NCBI RefSeq assembly: GCF_044704955.1
Contig: NW_027251843.1
Coordinates: forward strand, 62,001 to 126,000
DNA: 64,000 nucleotides
From: Pristiophorus japonicus
Lineage: Eukaryota
Reading direction: 5' to 3'
Shown here piece after piece: positions 13,059 to 23,989 of this stretch; positions within the stretch are counted from its first letter, which is position 1; each line of letters begins with the position of its first letter. The position numbers were made by a program, and so were the translations under genes. The notes below the pieces were generated by a model that saw only the letters and a program-made list of their open reading frames with translations, was not told the origin of the DNA and made no database searches.

Positions 13059-14572
13059 TGTAGCAGGTGCAAAATTCACAACAACCCTCCCCCCCCCGCC
13101 CCCGAGTGTTTGGGCTCATTCGAAAGGAAAGTTAATTTGGGACTATCTACCGAAAGTTTGGAACCCTAAAGTGCTTATTGAAGAAACTACGAACTTTAAT
13201 AGAATTTTGGATTTTAAAAGACAAATTCAAGGCTGTAGGTGGACCTAAAGAACTAACAGGAGACAGTCTAACTAAGTGGAGCTACCTGGGTGTGAGGACT
13301 AAGTTAACCTGTCTGGAGGGATGAGTATTCAAAAATCCTTCCCCCACAAGAAACATTAATGTCACAAAATCACCCAGAAGTAGCTACCGATCAACATGGG
13401 TCTGGACAACCATTTCAGCATATACATCACAAAGAGACTCAATCCAGCCAGTATGCGAAAGAATAAGCACAAAAGGACATTGCAATTAACAAACTAATAT
13501 TTCCATCAGGAAACAGTTTTCGAACATCAACTCACCCAAAACATATCAACTTTTAATGAGCCCACCAAAATATTACAAAGGTGAACCAAGCCCGCCAAAA
13601 TTACACAAAGGATTTTAAACAGGTTTTGTGCCAAGATTAGAAACACTGAAATCATATAACTGGCCCCTGTTTTCAACAGAGGGTATGACACACTTTGCTA
13701 TACAACCGAGACCAAGTTGTTGTCATCAAGACAAAGAGAGAAACCAAAGTGACAGTTGTAAACTGACTTCTCCAGCCTTGAAGTCCTGAAGTCCTGAAGG
13801 CAGGAAGAACATCACCATCGCGGCAGCAACCAACCACAGTCAACGTGGTATCAACGGAAAACCACCGCGATCGACCAAACTCGAACAAAACTCCAACGAG
13901 GAAAAACTGAAGAATTGAAAAAGTTTCCACTCTACAATCTAATCCTGACCTACCAACGGGTAAAACATTACCTAAAAGACTGTAGAAACCTATTTCTAAT
14001 GAAGAAAACCAGGTACTTACCACATAGATCCAAAACACACCTTACCGCATCAGCGGACTCAACCCAACTGAAGATTGCACAGCTAGAAGTCTTCTCTGTC
14101 ATTCGGGGTATGGCAAGCAGAACCTACCACATCCAGTGAACCCCAAAACTGTGATCTACCGTTAACTGTCCAAAAGGATTGGTCAGCATAGTCCCTGCCT
14201 GCCCTGGAGTCCAACCTAGCTAGGCTTAGGTATTGGGAGGTGGGAGGTATCATTTTACTGCAACCACCTTTGAATGTGTAGTGTATGGTACTTTATTAGA
14301 TTGTTTATAAGTACCTTGTACTTTTCCTTGTATTGTCCTTTATTAGAGTGATTGTAAGTTTGGCCTTGTATTTTCTTACTAGAGTAATAAGCTTGTATAA
14401 CCTTGACTGTAATAAAACCAAAGTTTCTTTTTGCATCAAACCAGTGTCCTTTGCACTTTTGACACCCTCCCCAAATAAATCCAGAGTACAGAACCCAAGG
14501 GGGTGGGAGCGATTCGAACTGCTCAAGTTGGTCAGAAGGGAGCCTGACCCCCTCATAGAGAACACCTTTACA
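13059..14572 (+). mobile_element. Solo LTR (1514 bp), distant relative of 11559-13017 in the opposite orientation
   Basis: TG...CA ends, TSD GTCT/GTCC, AATAAA near 14411. Its 3' end resembles the reverse complement of 11559-11670. Confidence 0.85.
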
Positions 14573-16259
14573 GTCCAGTCAATGCCAGATTGCATACTTA
14601 CACTAAGGAACTCATACCGGTGCTCGGCAATGCAGCAATCGAGATGTCATATGACATTGTGGTACACGAGCTACCATTATGGATCACCCCAGGTAATGGT
14701 CCAACTGTTCGGCAGGAATTGGCTCGAGAAAATCAAGCTGAACTGGAATGTTGTCAAGATGTTACCCTTGGTGGATGATACTTCATGTGCTCAAGTATTG
14801 AAAAAATGTCCTTCTTTGTTTGAACTGGGCATTGGTAATTTTATGGGAACCAAGGTGCAGATTCACCTGGACTCCAATGCAAGGCCTGTCTATCACAAAG
14901 CTTGGTCTGTTCCATACACGTTGAGGGAGAAGGTTGAAATTGAGCTTGACAGACTCCAGCATGAAGGGATCATATCACTGGTCAAGTTTAACGAGTGGGC
15001 TAGTCCCATTGTTCCTGTGTTGAAGTGTGATGGCACTGTCAGGATTTTTGGAGACGACAAGGTTGCAATTAACCGGTTTTTGAAACAGGATCAGTATCCA
15101 TTACCGATGGCTGATGACCTGTTCGCCATGTTAGCTGGTGGAAAGTCGTTCACAAAACTGGAACTGACATCGGCCTATATGACCCAGGTGCTTGTCAATA
15201 CTTTGAAGAAACTCACCTGCATGAACACCCATAAAGGACTGTTCATCTACCACAGGTGTCCTTTTGGGATTCGTTTGGCTGCAGCCATATTTCAGAGGAG
15301 TATGGAGAGTTTACTGAAGTCCATTCCTAGAGCTGTCATGTTTCAAGATGACATTCTGGTCACAAGTCACGACACTGCTGAACATCTGAACAATCTTGAA
15401 GAAGTCCTACAGCATCTCGACAAAGTGGGACTCAGGCTGAAACGATCGAAGTGTGTATTCATGGCACCTGAAGTCGAATTTCTCGGGAGGAAGATTACTG
15501 CTAGTAGCATTAGGCCCACTGATTTGAAAACCAAGGCCATCAAAAATGCACCCAGGCCTCAAAATGTGACGGAGCTGCATTCATTCCTTGGGCTACTCAA
15601 CTACTTTGGCAATTTCTTACCCAGATTGATCACTTTACTCGGGCCACCGCATGTGTTACTAAGAAAAGGCGACAACTGGGCCTAGGGTGTGTCTCAAGAT
15701 AGAGCCTTTGAGAAAGCCAAAAATCTGCTATGTTCAAACAAGTTGCTTGTTCATTATGATCTGTGTGAGCCTCTTGTATTGGTCTGTGATGCTTCATCAC
15801 ATGGGGTTGGCAGTGTACTCCAACAAACAAATGAATCGGGCAAACTACAACCTGTTGCATATGCTTTGAGAAGTCTGTCTAAAGCGATAGAAGGCTTACA
15901 GTATGGTAGAGAAAGAAGCTTTGGCCTGTGTGTATGATGTTAAAAAAATGCACCAGTACCTGTTTAGTCTTCGTTTTAAACTAGAAACGGATCACAAGCC
16001 ACTCATTTCATTGTTTGCGGAAAACAAAGGTATTAATACCAATGCATCACCCGCATTCAAAGGTGGGCGCTGACATTGTCTGCCTATGATTTTGTCATCC
16101 ATCATAGACCTGACACTGAGAATTGTGCCGCTGCACTGAGTCGTCTGCCTTTGCCCACACCTGAGGTGGAGATGCCTCAACCTGCAGATCTACTGTTAGT
16201 AATGGATGCTTTTGAGAGTGAAGGGACTCTGCTCAACAAGTCAGGATCTGGACCAGCCA

Positions 16260-16840
16260 TCTGGACAGGGAGACTAATGAGGACCTCGACCCATATCCTA
16301 GCACCAGTCCTGACCGAAACGCAGGTTAAAGAGGTCACACGGGACAGGTTTGTCAGATCTGTATGGTACTCTGAAGGGGCTGCATTGGGAAGAAGCTCAC
16401 AATATGGGCAGGCAGCACCAGCAGGATAAACTGCTGTGGAACCCCGGGTTACACAGGAATGGAGGGTAGGGGATCAGGTAATGGTCAGGAATTATACCAG
16501 AATAGGGGCATTTGAACCACTGTACAAAGGACCATATAGCATTGTAGACAAGGCAAGCCCTATGGTGTACACGATCCAGTTGCCAAAACATATCAAATGG
16601 TTCCATATAAACCAGTGTAAGCTGTACAACCCCGGAGAGAAAAGTAAAAAGCGGGCGAAGGCCCCAGGAACAATAATGAGTTTGATCAGTGTAAGCCTCC
16701 CACCAATACTGTGGGATGATGAGGATGGAGAAGTAAGGGACGGAGCAGTAAGGTGGAGTGGTCAGGTACTGTGACCTAGCGTGCCCTGGACACCTCCTCC
16801 ATCTCCACCCCCGAGCCTCTGTAAGCCCAAGCATTGGGAT
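16260..16840 (+). pseudogene. Integrase C-terminus (GPY module) of a C-type element
   Basis: TGRLMRT..., then WRVGDQVMVRNY...FEPLYKGPYSIVDKASPMVYTI. Confidence 0.85.
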
Positions 16841-16962
16841 AAAAGGAGAGGGAAGCAGTGATTGTAAAAAGGAGTTATGTACATTTGTGAATAACTGAAG
16901 GAGGACCTGTGAGGGGGAGGCCCCCCAGAGCAAAGGTATTTCTTTCATTTTTGTCTTTATAG

Positions 16963-18365
16963 GAGCGAATCGAGCCAAGGGTACGAGAGGAGGTGGACAT
17001 TGTGGATAGGCCTGTGGATGGCCATTATTATTAAAGGATTGGGAGATCGGGGAGACACCGAGACATTCCTTACACACGGGTGTATGGGAGGAACCAGCCC
17101 CACTGTAACTCAAGGGGGAGCCATACGGAGTAACAAGGGCACAAACACCTCTGCTCACACTGGGAGCTGGCCAGGGTGGTTAGGGTCAAATTCGACCAAG
17201 TACTCCAGACAAACCGAAGGTAAACTTGGGGAGGTGTCAGTGTCCTGCCCCAAGCTAAACATCACGACCAGGAATGTACGGGTGAGAGAGGGGAGACGAG
17301 TTTGTCTGGAATGTAAAGGGATTACCCCCATGGGAGGGTGGTGGTGGTTACAGAAAACAGGCAGGGGAAAAGTTAATGCATCGACAGAATGGGAGAAACT
17401 GGGTAATAACTCAAACAGGCGGAGCACAGGAACAAGAAAAGGGGAAAAATTGTGTTGGGAAAAGTGGTGGAAGGCGGAACAAGGGATTTATGTCTGTGTG
17501 GTTGGATCTAGCCACAAGTGCAGGGGAGGTGTGGCGATTGTTTTTAAATGACAATGGCAGGATTCTGGGTCAGGAATGAATTGGACGCAGGGTTTATTTT
17601 CTTGTGTGACCTTGAACCCGCCAAAAACAGTCAATGCAACCGAGCTGATCGCGAGCAGATTAAAACCTCTCCCTAAAATGCTGGAGATTCCAATCCAAGA
17701 AATTCCATGTCCTGTCCTAAAACCCGGGCCTAAGAACGGGCTGGTGTTAATCCCAACAGGGAAAATGTTGTATCATACTGTGTATTATGAAGTAGTGTCG
17801 GTTATTCTAAATTTTAACAGAGTTACAAATACCCCGGTGGTGTCCGCCAGAACCAGAAAAGTTACATAAGCGTTTGTTAAAAGAAATATTTAAGCAATTC
17901 TATCAGAAGAATTATGGGGACAAAAGTTAGGTGGAAGCAGACAAACCAATAAGCAACAGCCAGACGGGTTGGGGGAGGCAAAAAAGGGGACTGATGAATG
18001 ATGTGGGTACGGCATTTAATACAGGTACATCGCGCAGTTGAAAGTCCAAGTAAACACCTTCAGGGACTAGTTAAAGAAGTTACTGGAGGAGGGTAGTGAC
18101 ATAGAGGGTAACGAATTACAGGAGGACCAGGCAATGACAATCCATTTGAAGGAGATGATAGCTGAGGTGGAGACACACACTCAGACCATCAATGCTTTAA
18201 TCAAGGAGGGTAGAAACGCGTCAGATCAAGCTGCTCAGAATGACGGGTGTGTCATGTACTGAGCTTAGTTGCTAAATTAAGGATGCAGTAATTTAGAGGA
18301 TTTAAAACAAGGCCACGTACCGTCGTGGGTCAGTGACAAGCATCGAAAGGCTTTGAGTGTCTATA
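16963..18365 (+). pseudogene. env: env-like gene: signal-like N-terminus, Ig-like domain, furin site, fusion-peptide-like and heptad region (disrupted, 3'-truncated)
   Basis: Polypyrimidine tract plus AG at 16939-16962. ORFs 17000-17551 and 17576-17869. RQKR|GLMNDVGTAFNTG begins at 17976, followed by a helical region to ~18360. Lies directly after integrase. Confidence 0.7.
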
Positions 18366-18370
18366 ACAAC

Positions 18371-19013
18371 AGGTTGATACAATCAAGCAATGGAGCCCAT
18401 GGATTAATTGGCCAGAGGGGAAAATCAGTCCCTCTGGAGATTCCAAGCCTGTGAAAACCCAGGACATCAAAGGATCCCACAAGGCGTGCATTCTTGGATA
18501 ACGGGGCACAAAAGATAAGGAGTTATCTTTTGCCCTGTCGATTCTGTGTGTGAATTGTGGCCATCCGACTAGATCCAGACCCATCATCACAGCCATCGAG
18601 ACTCAACCAGATGCATTAACTGAAAGGCAGCCCAGCAGGAGATGTGTAGAATTGAATGGATATTGAATGGATATATCTGTAAGAGCTGAGAACAAGAGCT
18701 CAGAGAGAGGAACAACAGGTCGAAGAAACACCTCAGACCAGCAGGTCAATGAACAACGGCCACGAAGCAGCAGCGGGGACCCAACACCTTCCCTCGCTCT
18801 AAGAGCCGACAATCGACAACAGCAACAGCAGGCTGGATGGGTGATTGTATGTCTTCGGTCAATCTCTAAGAAGTCTTGTTCCGTACTTTTTAGGGTTTTT
18901 TTGTGTAATAAACAAACAGTTGGATTTTATTCTAAACTTTGCTTTATGTGTGGTACTTCCTGTAATTCCCGAGGTCTATGAATCAGAGTAGAGTGGGAAA
19001 CCAACACCCTACA
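18371..19013 (+). repeat. 5'-truncated LTR, same family as solo LTR 45126-45940
   Basis: Long near-identity to the reverse complement of 45126-45757. Contains AATAAA and ends CCCTACA. Confidence 0.85.
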
Positions 19014-20931
19014 CCACATGAGGTCATCACCGGGAGGGTTATGTGCACCCAACCCATGTGTTGGTGCCAGTCCTCACAGAAGCTCAGGTCAGGGAGGTAA
19101 ACCGGGACAGGTTGGTCCAGAATCTGTTTGAGGTTTTAAAACAGATTCACTGGCAGGCAGCCAGTAACCTGGGGAGCCAGCACCGGGAAACATTGGTTGT
19201 TGCTCGAGTCCCGGAGAAGCCACGAGTGGAAGGTGGGAGACCAGGTAATGTTCAGGAACTGTGCCCGAGTGGGGGCATTCGAGCCACTGTACATGGGGCC
19301 TTATAACATCGTAGATAAGGCCAGCCCCATGGTATATGCAGTCAGACTCCCGAACCGCACAAAATGCTGTCACATCAACCAGTGTAAGTTGTTTAACCCC
19401 AAGGGGGTGACGACAAAGGCAAAGAGAAACCAGGGCACAATAATGAGCCTGGTGGACGCGGGTCTTCCTCCCATGGTGTAGGACGATGATGATGACCCAG
19501 ATGGCGGGACAGTAAGGAGAAACAGTCGGATACCACGGCTTAGGGCGCTGTGGACACCTCCTTACTCACCGGCCGCGAGCCGCAAGATTTTAACTGGGGG
19601 CACTCGATAACGCAGAACGAACGGAATATATATGTAAATAACGAAAGCCCAACCTGTGGAGGGAAAAACCGCTCACAAAATGGTTGTGCTGTATCTGTCT
19701 TAATCAGGAAATCAGAAGAAACGGGAGCCCGGGTGTAATTGATCAGTTATGGACCCACAATGCACCTCCCGCAGCAGAAGATGACGGAATTCCAGATATT
19801 TCCGGTTTTGGTGACAAAATATCATCAGGGGGATTGTAGCACCAGCTTTCTGGCCATTTCTATCAACAATATTTTAAATCCTTAAATCCAAATCCCCAAG
19901 AAAGATCTGTACTGTTTGGCGAGCTTGTCGGGGTGACACTGAGGTGCATTCATATTCAACCGGATATTTCACACTGACAGGCTGGGTGGCAGGGAACCCA
20001 GGCCCATTGATGTCATCACCATCTAAAGTGATTCCTGGGAACAATATCCCGAGAGGTAACTCAGAGACACTGTGCCTTTGCATTATTAAAGCACAGTCAC
20101 CACTCAGTCCCAACCCAAACTGGTGCAAGGCAGGAAATGGCCGGCCCATTGTCTTCCAGGAGATAAGCCGGTTAAGCAAGATCGGTTTGTGATCGAAACC
20201 CATTACGGGCTAATGGGGGCCATCAACTCAGGAAACGACAGACATCCAGTAATCAGCACCCATTGTCTCTCCAGACGCAAGGCCTGGGAGCGGGAAAACA
20301 AAACATCATTTTTCACAAAGATTTCAAAGACTACGAGCCATTCCAGGCCACAGGGTGGGGAGTCCAGACAGATCACTGGAGTCAATCCATCGGTCAGTAT
20401 TGGTGGGAGGAAAGGTGATGGGTTTTGGGGATATAAGGAGCCACTTTGCAACAAGCTCCAGCTCAGGAAGAAGAAAGCTCCGGAAAAAGCCCAGGAAAAA
20501 GCTCAGGAAAAATCGCAGGAAAAAGTCCAGGAGGGAGACGTTCAGGAAGAAGCTGCAAGCAAGACAACGGGCAATCAGGGTGAGCATATTGCCTGCGCCT
20601 ACACATCCACAAGACCACTTAGCTGTGTGAGGGGGTGATTGTAAGTCCCAACCAAACCCAAGGGGTTTAGTGCTGGGGGGATCCTGTGTTAGTTTATTTC
20701 ACGGCAGTGTTCATTTATTAAGCCGTGGTAACTTAGCACGGCACGGCTTATTGGACAAGCCAGGGTTGTACTGTTTTGCACTGTTTATGAGTGGTGTTGT
20801 TAATATTATTAAACACTAATACGGTTCAGCCCAAAAAATGTGTGTCCGAGTCTGATCTGTCCATATAATCCTATCGTCCAGAACTTGTAGTAGGAGGTGC
20901 GTTTTTGGTACGCCCGAGAAAACCACCTATA
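19014..20931 (+). mobile_element. 3' part of retrovirus-like element E: integrase C-terminus, unknown accessory region, PPT and 3' LTR
   Basis: PHEVITGRV..., FEPLYMGPYNIVDKASPMVY (paralogue of 16436-16774). Purine tract GAGGGGGTGA precedes TGTAAG at 20640. Putative LTR spans 20640-20931. Confidence 0.75.
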
Positions 20932-20936
20932 GGCAA

Positions 20937-21480
20937 CCTCTCAGTACTGCCCCTCCGACAGTGCAGCGCTCCCTCAGTACTGCCCCTCGGACAGTGCAGC
21001 ACTCCCTCAGTACTGCCCGTCTGACAGTGTAGCATTCCCTCAATACTGCCCCTCTGACAATGCGGCACTCCCTCGGTACTGCCCTTCCAACAGTGCGGCA
21101 ATCCCTCAGTACTGCCCCTCCGACAGTGTGGCACTCCCTCAGTACTGCCCCTCCGACAGTGCAGCACTCCCTCAGTACTGCCCCTCTGACAGTTCAGCAC
21201 TCCCTCAGTATTGCCCGTCTGACAGTGTAGCATTCACTCAATACTGCCAATCTGACAATGTGGCACTCCCTCAGTACTGCACCTCTGACAGTGCAGCACT
21301 CCCTCAGTATTGCCCCTCTAACATTGCAGCACTCCCTCAGTATTGCACCTGTGACAGTGCAGCACTCCCTCAGTATTGCCCCTCTGACAAAGTGGCACTC
21401 CCTCAGTACTGCACCTCTGACAGTGCAGCACCCCCTCAGTACTGCCCCTCTGACAGTGCAGCACTCCCTCAGGACTGCAC
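20937..21480. repeat. 33-bp minisatellite (CACTCCCTCAGTACTGCCCCTCTGACAGTGCAG)n, ~16 copies, SINE-derived
   Basis: Visible tandem periodicity. The unit matches the SINE body at 23690-23725, and a SINE head follows at 21480-21580. Confidence 0.92.
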
Positions 21481-22904
21481 AGTAGTGTATCTCTTTAGTT
21501 TGCATTCAGGTCCCTGGAGTGGGGCTTGAACCCACGATAAAATATTGCATCACTGGATGCCGCACAGTCTGAGCTGTGAGTCATATCCCGACCTCAGTTG
21601 GAACTGCTAACTCAGAACAAACAACAACAGCAACTTTTATACAGCACCTTTAACACAGTAAAACTCCCCGAGCGCTTTACAGGAGACTTATAGAATAAAG
21701 ATTGACAGTGAGCCACGTCAGGAGACATTGAAAATTGCAGCTCAGTCAAATTGTGAGGGAAATTGGCAGTGCTGTCTTCATACCAAAAGGGGGCGATGTT
21801 GCTTCTGAGAAGACCAAATTTTTTGACAATTTCTGTGTCACTCAATTGATTGGTTTGTAAAACCCGTTTGTTCCAAACCTCCAGTCAGGTTTGCAGAATC
21901 ATTTCCAGTTCCCCACGTGTCATTTGATGGTGGATCTCAGCGTGTATCTCCTCGTCCGCTCGTGAGGCGGTGTCTCAGACCGATTGGCCAGTCAGCAGCC
22001 ACTCCGCACTGCAGCGAGCATTGGCAGGCCATTCCACTGTGGGAGGCCTCACTGCGGAGCTCGGTGCACGGGGTATATCCACACAGAGACGCTCTGCCAC
22101 CAGGTACAGCAGCAACAACCTGCATTGCTATAGCAACTGGAACTTTAGAGCAACATCCCGAGGCAGCTGACAGAGGCGTAATCTGGTCAAAGTGGTGCTG
22201 AGCCAAAGGGGGAGGGGCTGGGAGGGTGATCAAAGCCCTCAGTCACAGATTGGGTTTGAAGGGAGGTCTTAAAAGAGGAGAGGGGTGGAGTGGCAGAGAG
22301 GTTTAGGGAGCAGGGAGTTCGGGCCAAGGCAGCTGAAGGCACGGCCCCCAATGGAGGGGGAAGGGAAGGGGGGATGGATAAGAAGCCTGAGCCAGATACA
22401 GCAGCCCCTGAACACAACAACAACTTGCATTTATATAGCGAGTGTTGTGACAATGACAGACAGTGAGAATATAACCCTGATAATGTAACACAGTATTTGC
22501 AGCACTTGACACTGTGGGGAAAACTTGTAATTTTAAATCCATGAACTGTACATAAGCGAGAGCAGGACCTGTTTGTGGCCGGTGCGGAGATCACCACTTA
22601 CAGAAGGTAGTTACTGCAGGGAATCCAGGGCCACAGTGACCTCCTGGACTAGTTTCCATCGCCTCGGGCGGGGGGCGGGGGTCGGAGAGGAGTTTCCCAG
22701 ATTTATTTCCCCCAATGGGTTTTTTAGCTGGTTTTTCGCCTCTCCCAGGAGATCAGGTAGCTTTGGGTGGGGTGGAGAGTCTATACTGTGATACACAAGG
22801 TATCACAATTGTGTGGGACGGGCTGGATGGACCACAGGGTCTTTACCTGTCCGTCACTGTCCGCGGGTTTGGGTTTCAAAGATGTGGAGCTCAATTGGAA
22901 AGAA

Positions 22905-23822
22905 AGACTTGCATTTATATAGCGCCTTTCACCATGTCAGGACATCCCAAAGCGCTTTACAGCCAATGAAGTACTTTTGCAGTGTTGTCACTGCGGTAAT
23001 GGACGAAACACGACAGACAGTTTGTGAACAGTAAGCTCCCACATGTGACTATGACCAGATAATGGGCCCAAATTGCGTATCGCCCCGGTTATGGCGGTAG
23101 CTTTTCCCACACCGAAGTCCCGCCCTGGAAGCGAAATTGGGGTCACGGCCCCTGACAGGAAGTGGAGCGCAATGTGGTGCGCAGCACTTCCCCTGGGGGT
23201 GGGCTCGGGGGCGAATGTCAAGCTGCACCTTCATGGCACCGACCCCACCACATCGGCACAGAAAGGCCCGACCGGTAAGTCGGCAAAAACAAATGGCGTG
23301 GCGCGGCGGCGCACGGCTCCCGGTAAGTTTCACTCCGCGAGCGAAGTGCGGCCCGGTTTTTGACCCGTAGGCCTGGCGCGGACACAACTCACGGAGCGCT
23401 ATCCATTTCGCTTCTCTGCTAAATCTCCGAGGGAGCCGGGAGCCACGCCCCCCACCTCCCCAGGGAAAACATTGTCACACCCCATTAGCGCCCCCCAGAG
23501 GCAGTAATGCAGGTGCACAGCGCAGGAATTTCGTCCTCAATCTGATTTTGATGTTGATTGAGGGATAGATATTGACCAGGACACTGGGGAGAACTGCCCT
23601 GCTCTTCTTCAAAACAGTGGAATGGGATCGTTAACGCCCACCTGAGAGAGCAGAGGGGCCTCGGTTTAACCTCTCGCCTGAAAGACGGCCCCTCCAACAG
23701 TGCGGCACTCCCTCAGTACTGCACTGGGACTGTCAGTCTAGATTTCTGAGCTTAGTCTCTGGAGTGGGACTTGAACCCACAACCTTCGGGCTCAGGTGAG
23801 TGTGCTGCCCATTGAGCCACAG
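22905..23822 (-). mobile_element. tRNA-derived SINE (SacSINE1/Deu-like), split by a ~480-bp insertion at ~23060-23540
   Basis: Head with A box (GGCTCAATGG) and B box (GGTTCAAGTCC). Same body and tail as the copy at 35583-36035. Confidence 0.75.
23062..23540. mobile_element. CpG-rich non-autonomous DNA transposon/MITE (possibly Harbinger-like)
   Basis: Interrupts a SINE. Degenerate inverted ends GGGCCCCAAATTGCG / CGCAGGAATTTCGTCCTC. Confidence 0.45.
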
Positions 23823-23989
23823 CTGACTGAGTTGAAAACTTAAGGCCCATTAATGGCCCATCGACGGTGTTCGCCCTCAGTGGGGTGAACAAATCCAGAA
23901 ATTATGGCCAGAATGATGTAGTCCAGGCCGTTATTTACTTTTTTATACTTTTAAATTTATTTCTGTTCAGTTAGTTCTCAGTCTATTAA

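Larger units (their letters stand above)
10360..16255 (+). mobile_element. Ty3/Gypsy element D inserted in the integrase of C (3' part deleted; itself interrupted by two solo LTRs)
   Basis: LTR 10360-10554, PBS TGGCGACGAGG at 10557, gag ATG at 10593 with CWRCGGNH. Protease MELDTG is split by the LTR insertions. RT FQDD and RNase H VCDAS lie at 14573-16255. Confidence 0.9.

Noticed and set aside
14333-14572. Hydrophobic N-terminus on the 450-aa RT ORF, suggesting a membrane-anchored RT
   Set aside because: The N-terminus is read-through from the inserted solo LTR, a chance fusion.
17240-17550. Env Ig-like domain captured from the neighbouring Ig light-chain locus
   Set aside because: No visible similarity to the local V or C exons beyond generic IgSF motifs. 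The proximity is probably coincidental.
20201-20205. TAATG stop-start overlap between two - strand ORFs (coupled translation)
   Set aside because: A single decayed copy cannot be distinguished from chance or a frameshift.
20871-21529. Repetitive Cys-rich ORFs (ALPQYCPSDS / HCRRGSTEG)
   Set aside because: Translation artefacts of the 33-bp minisatellite.
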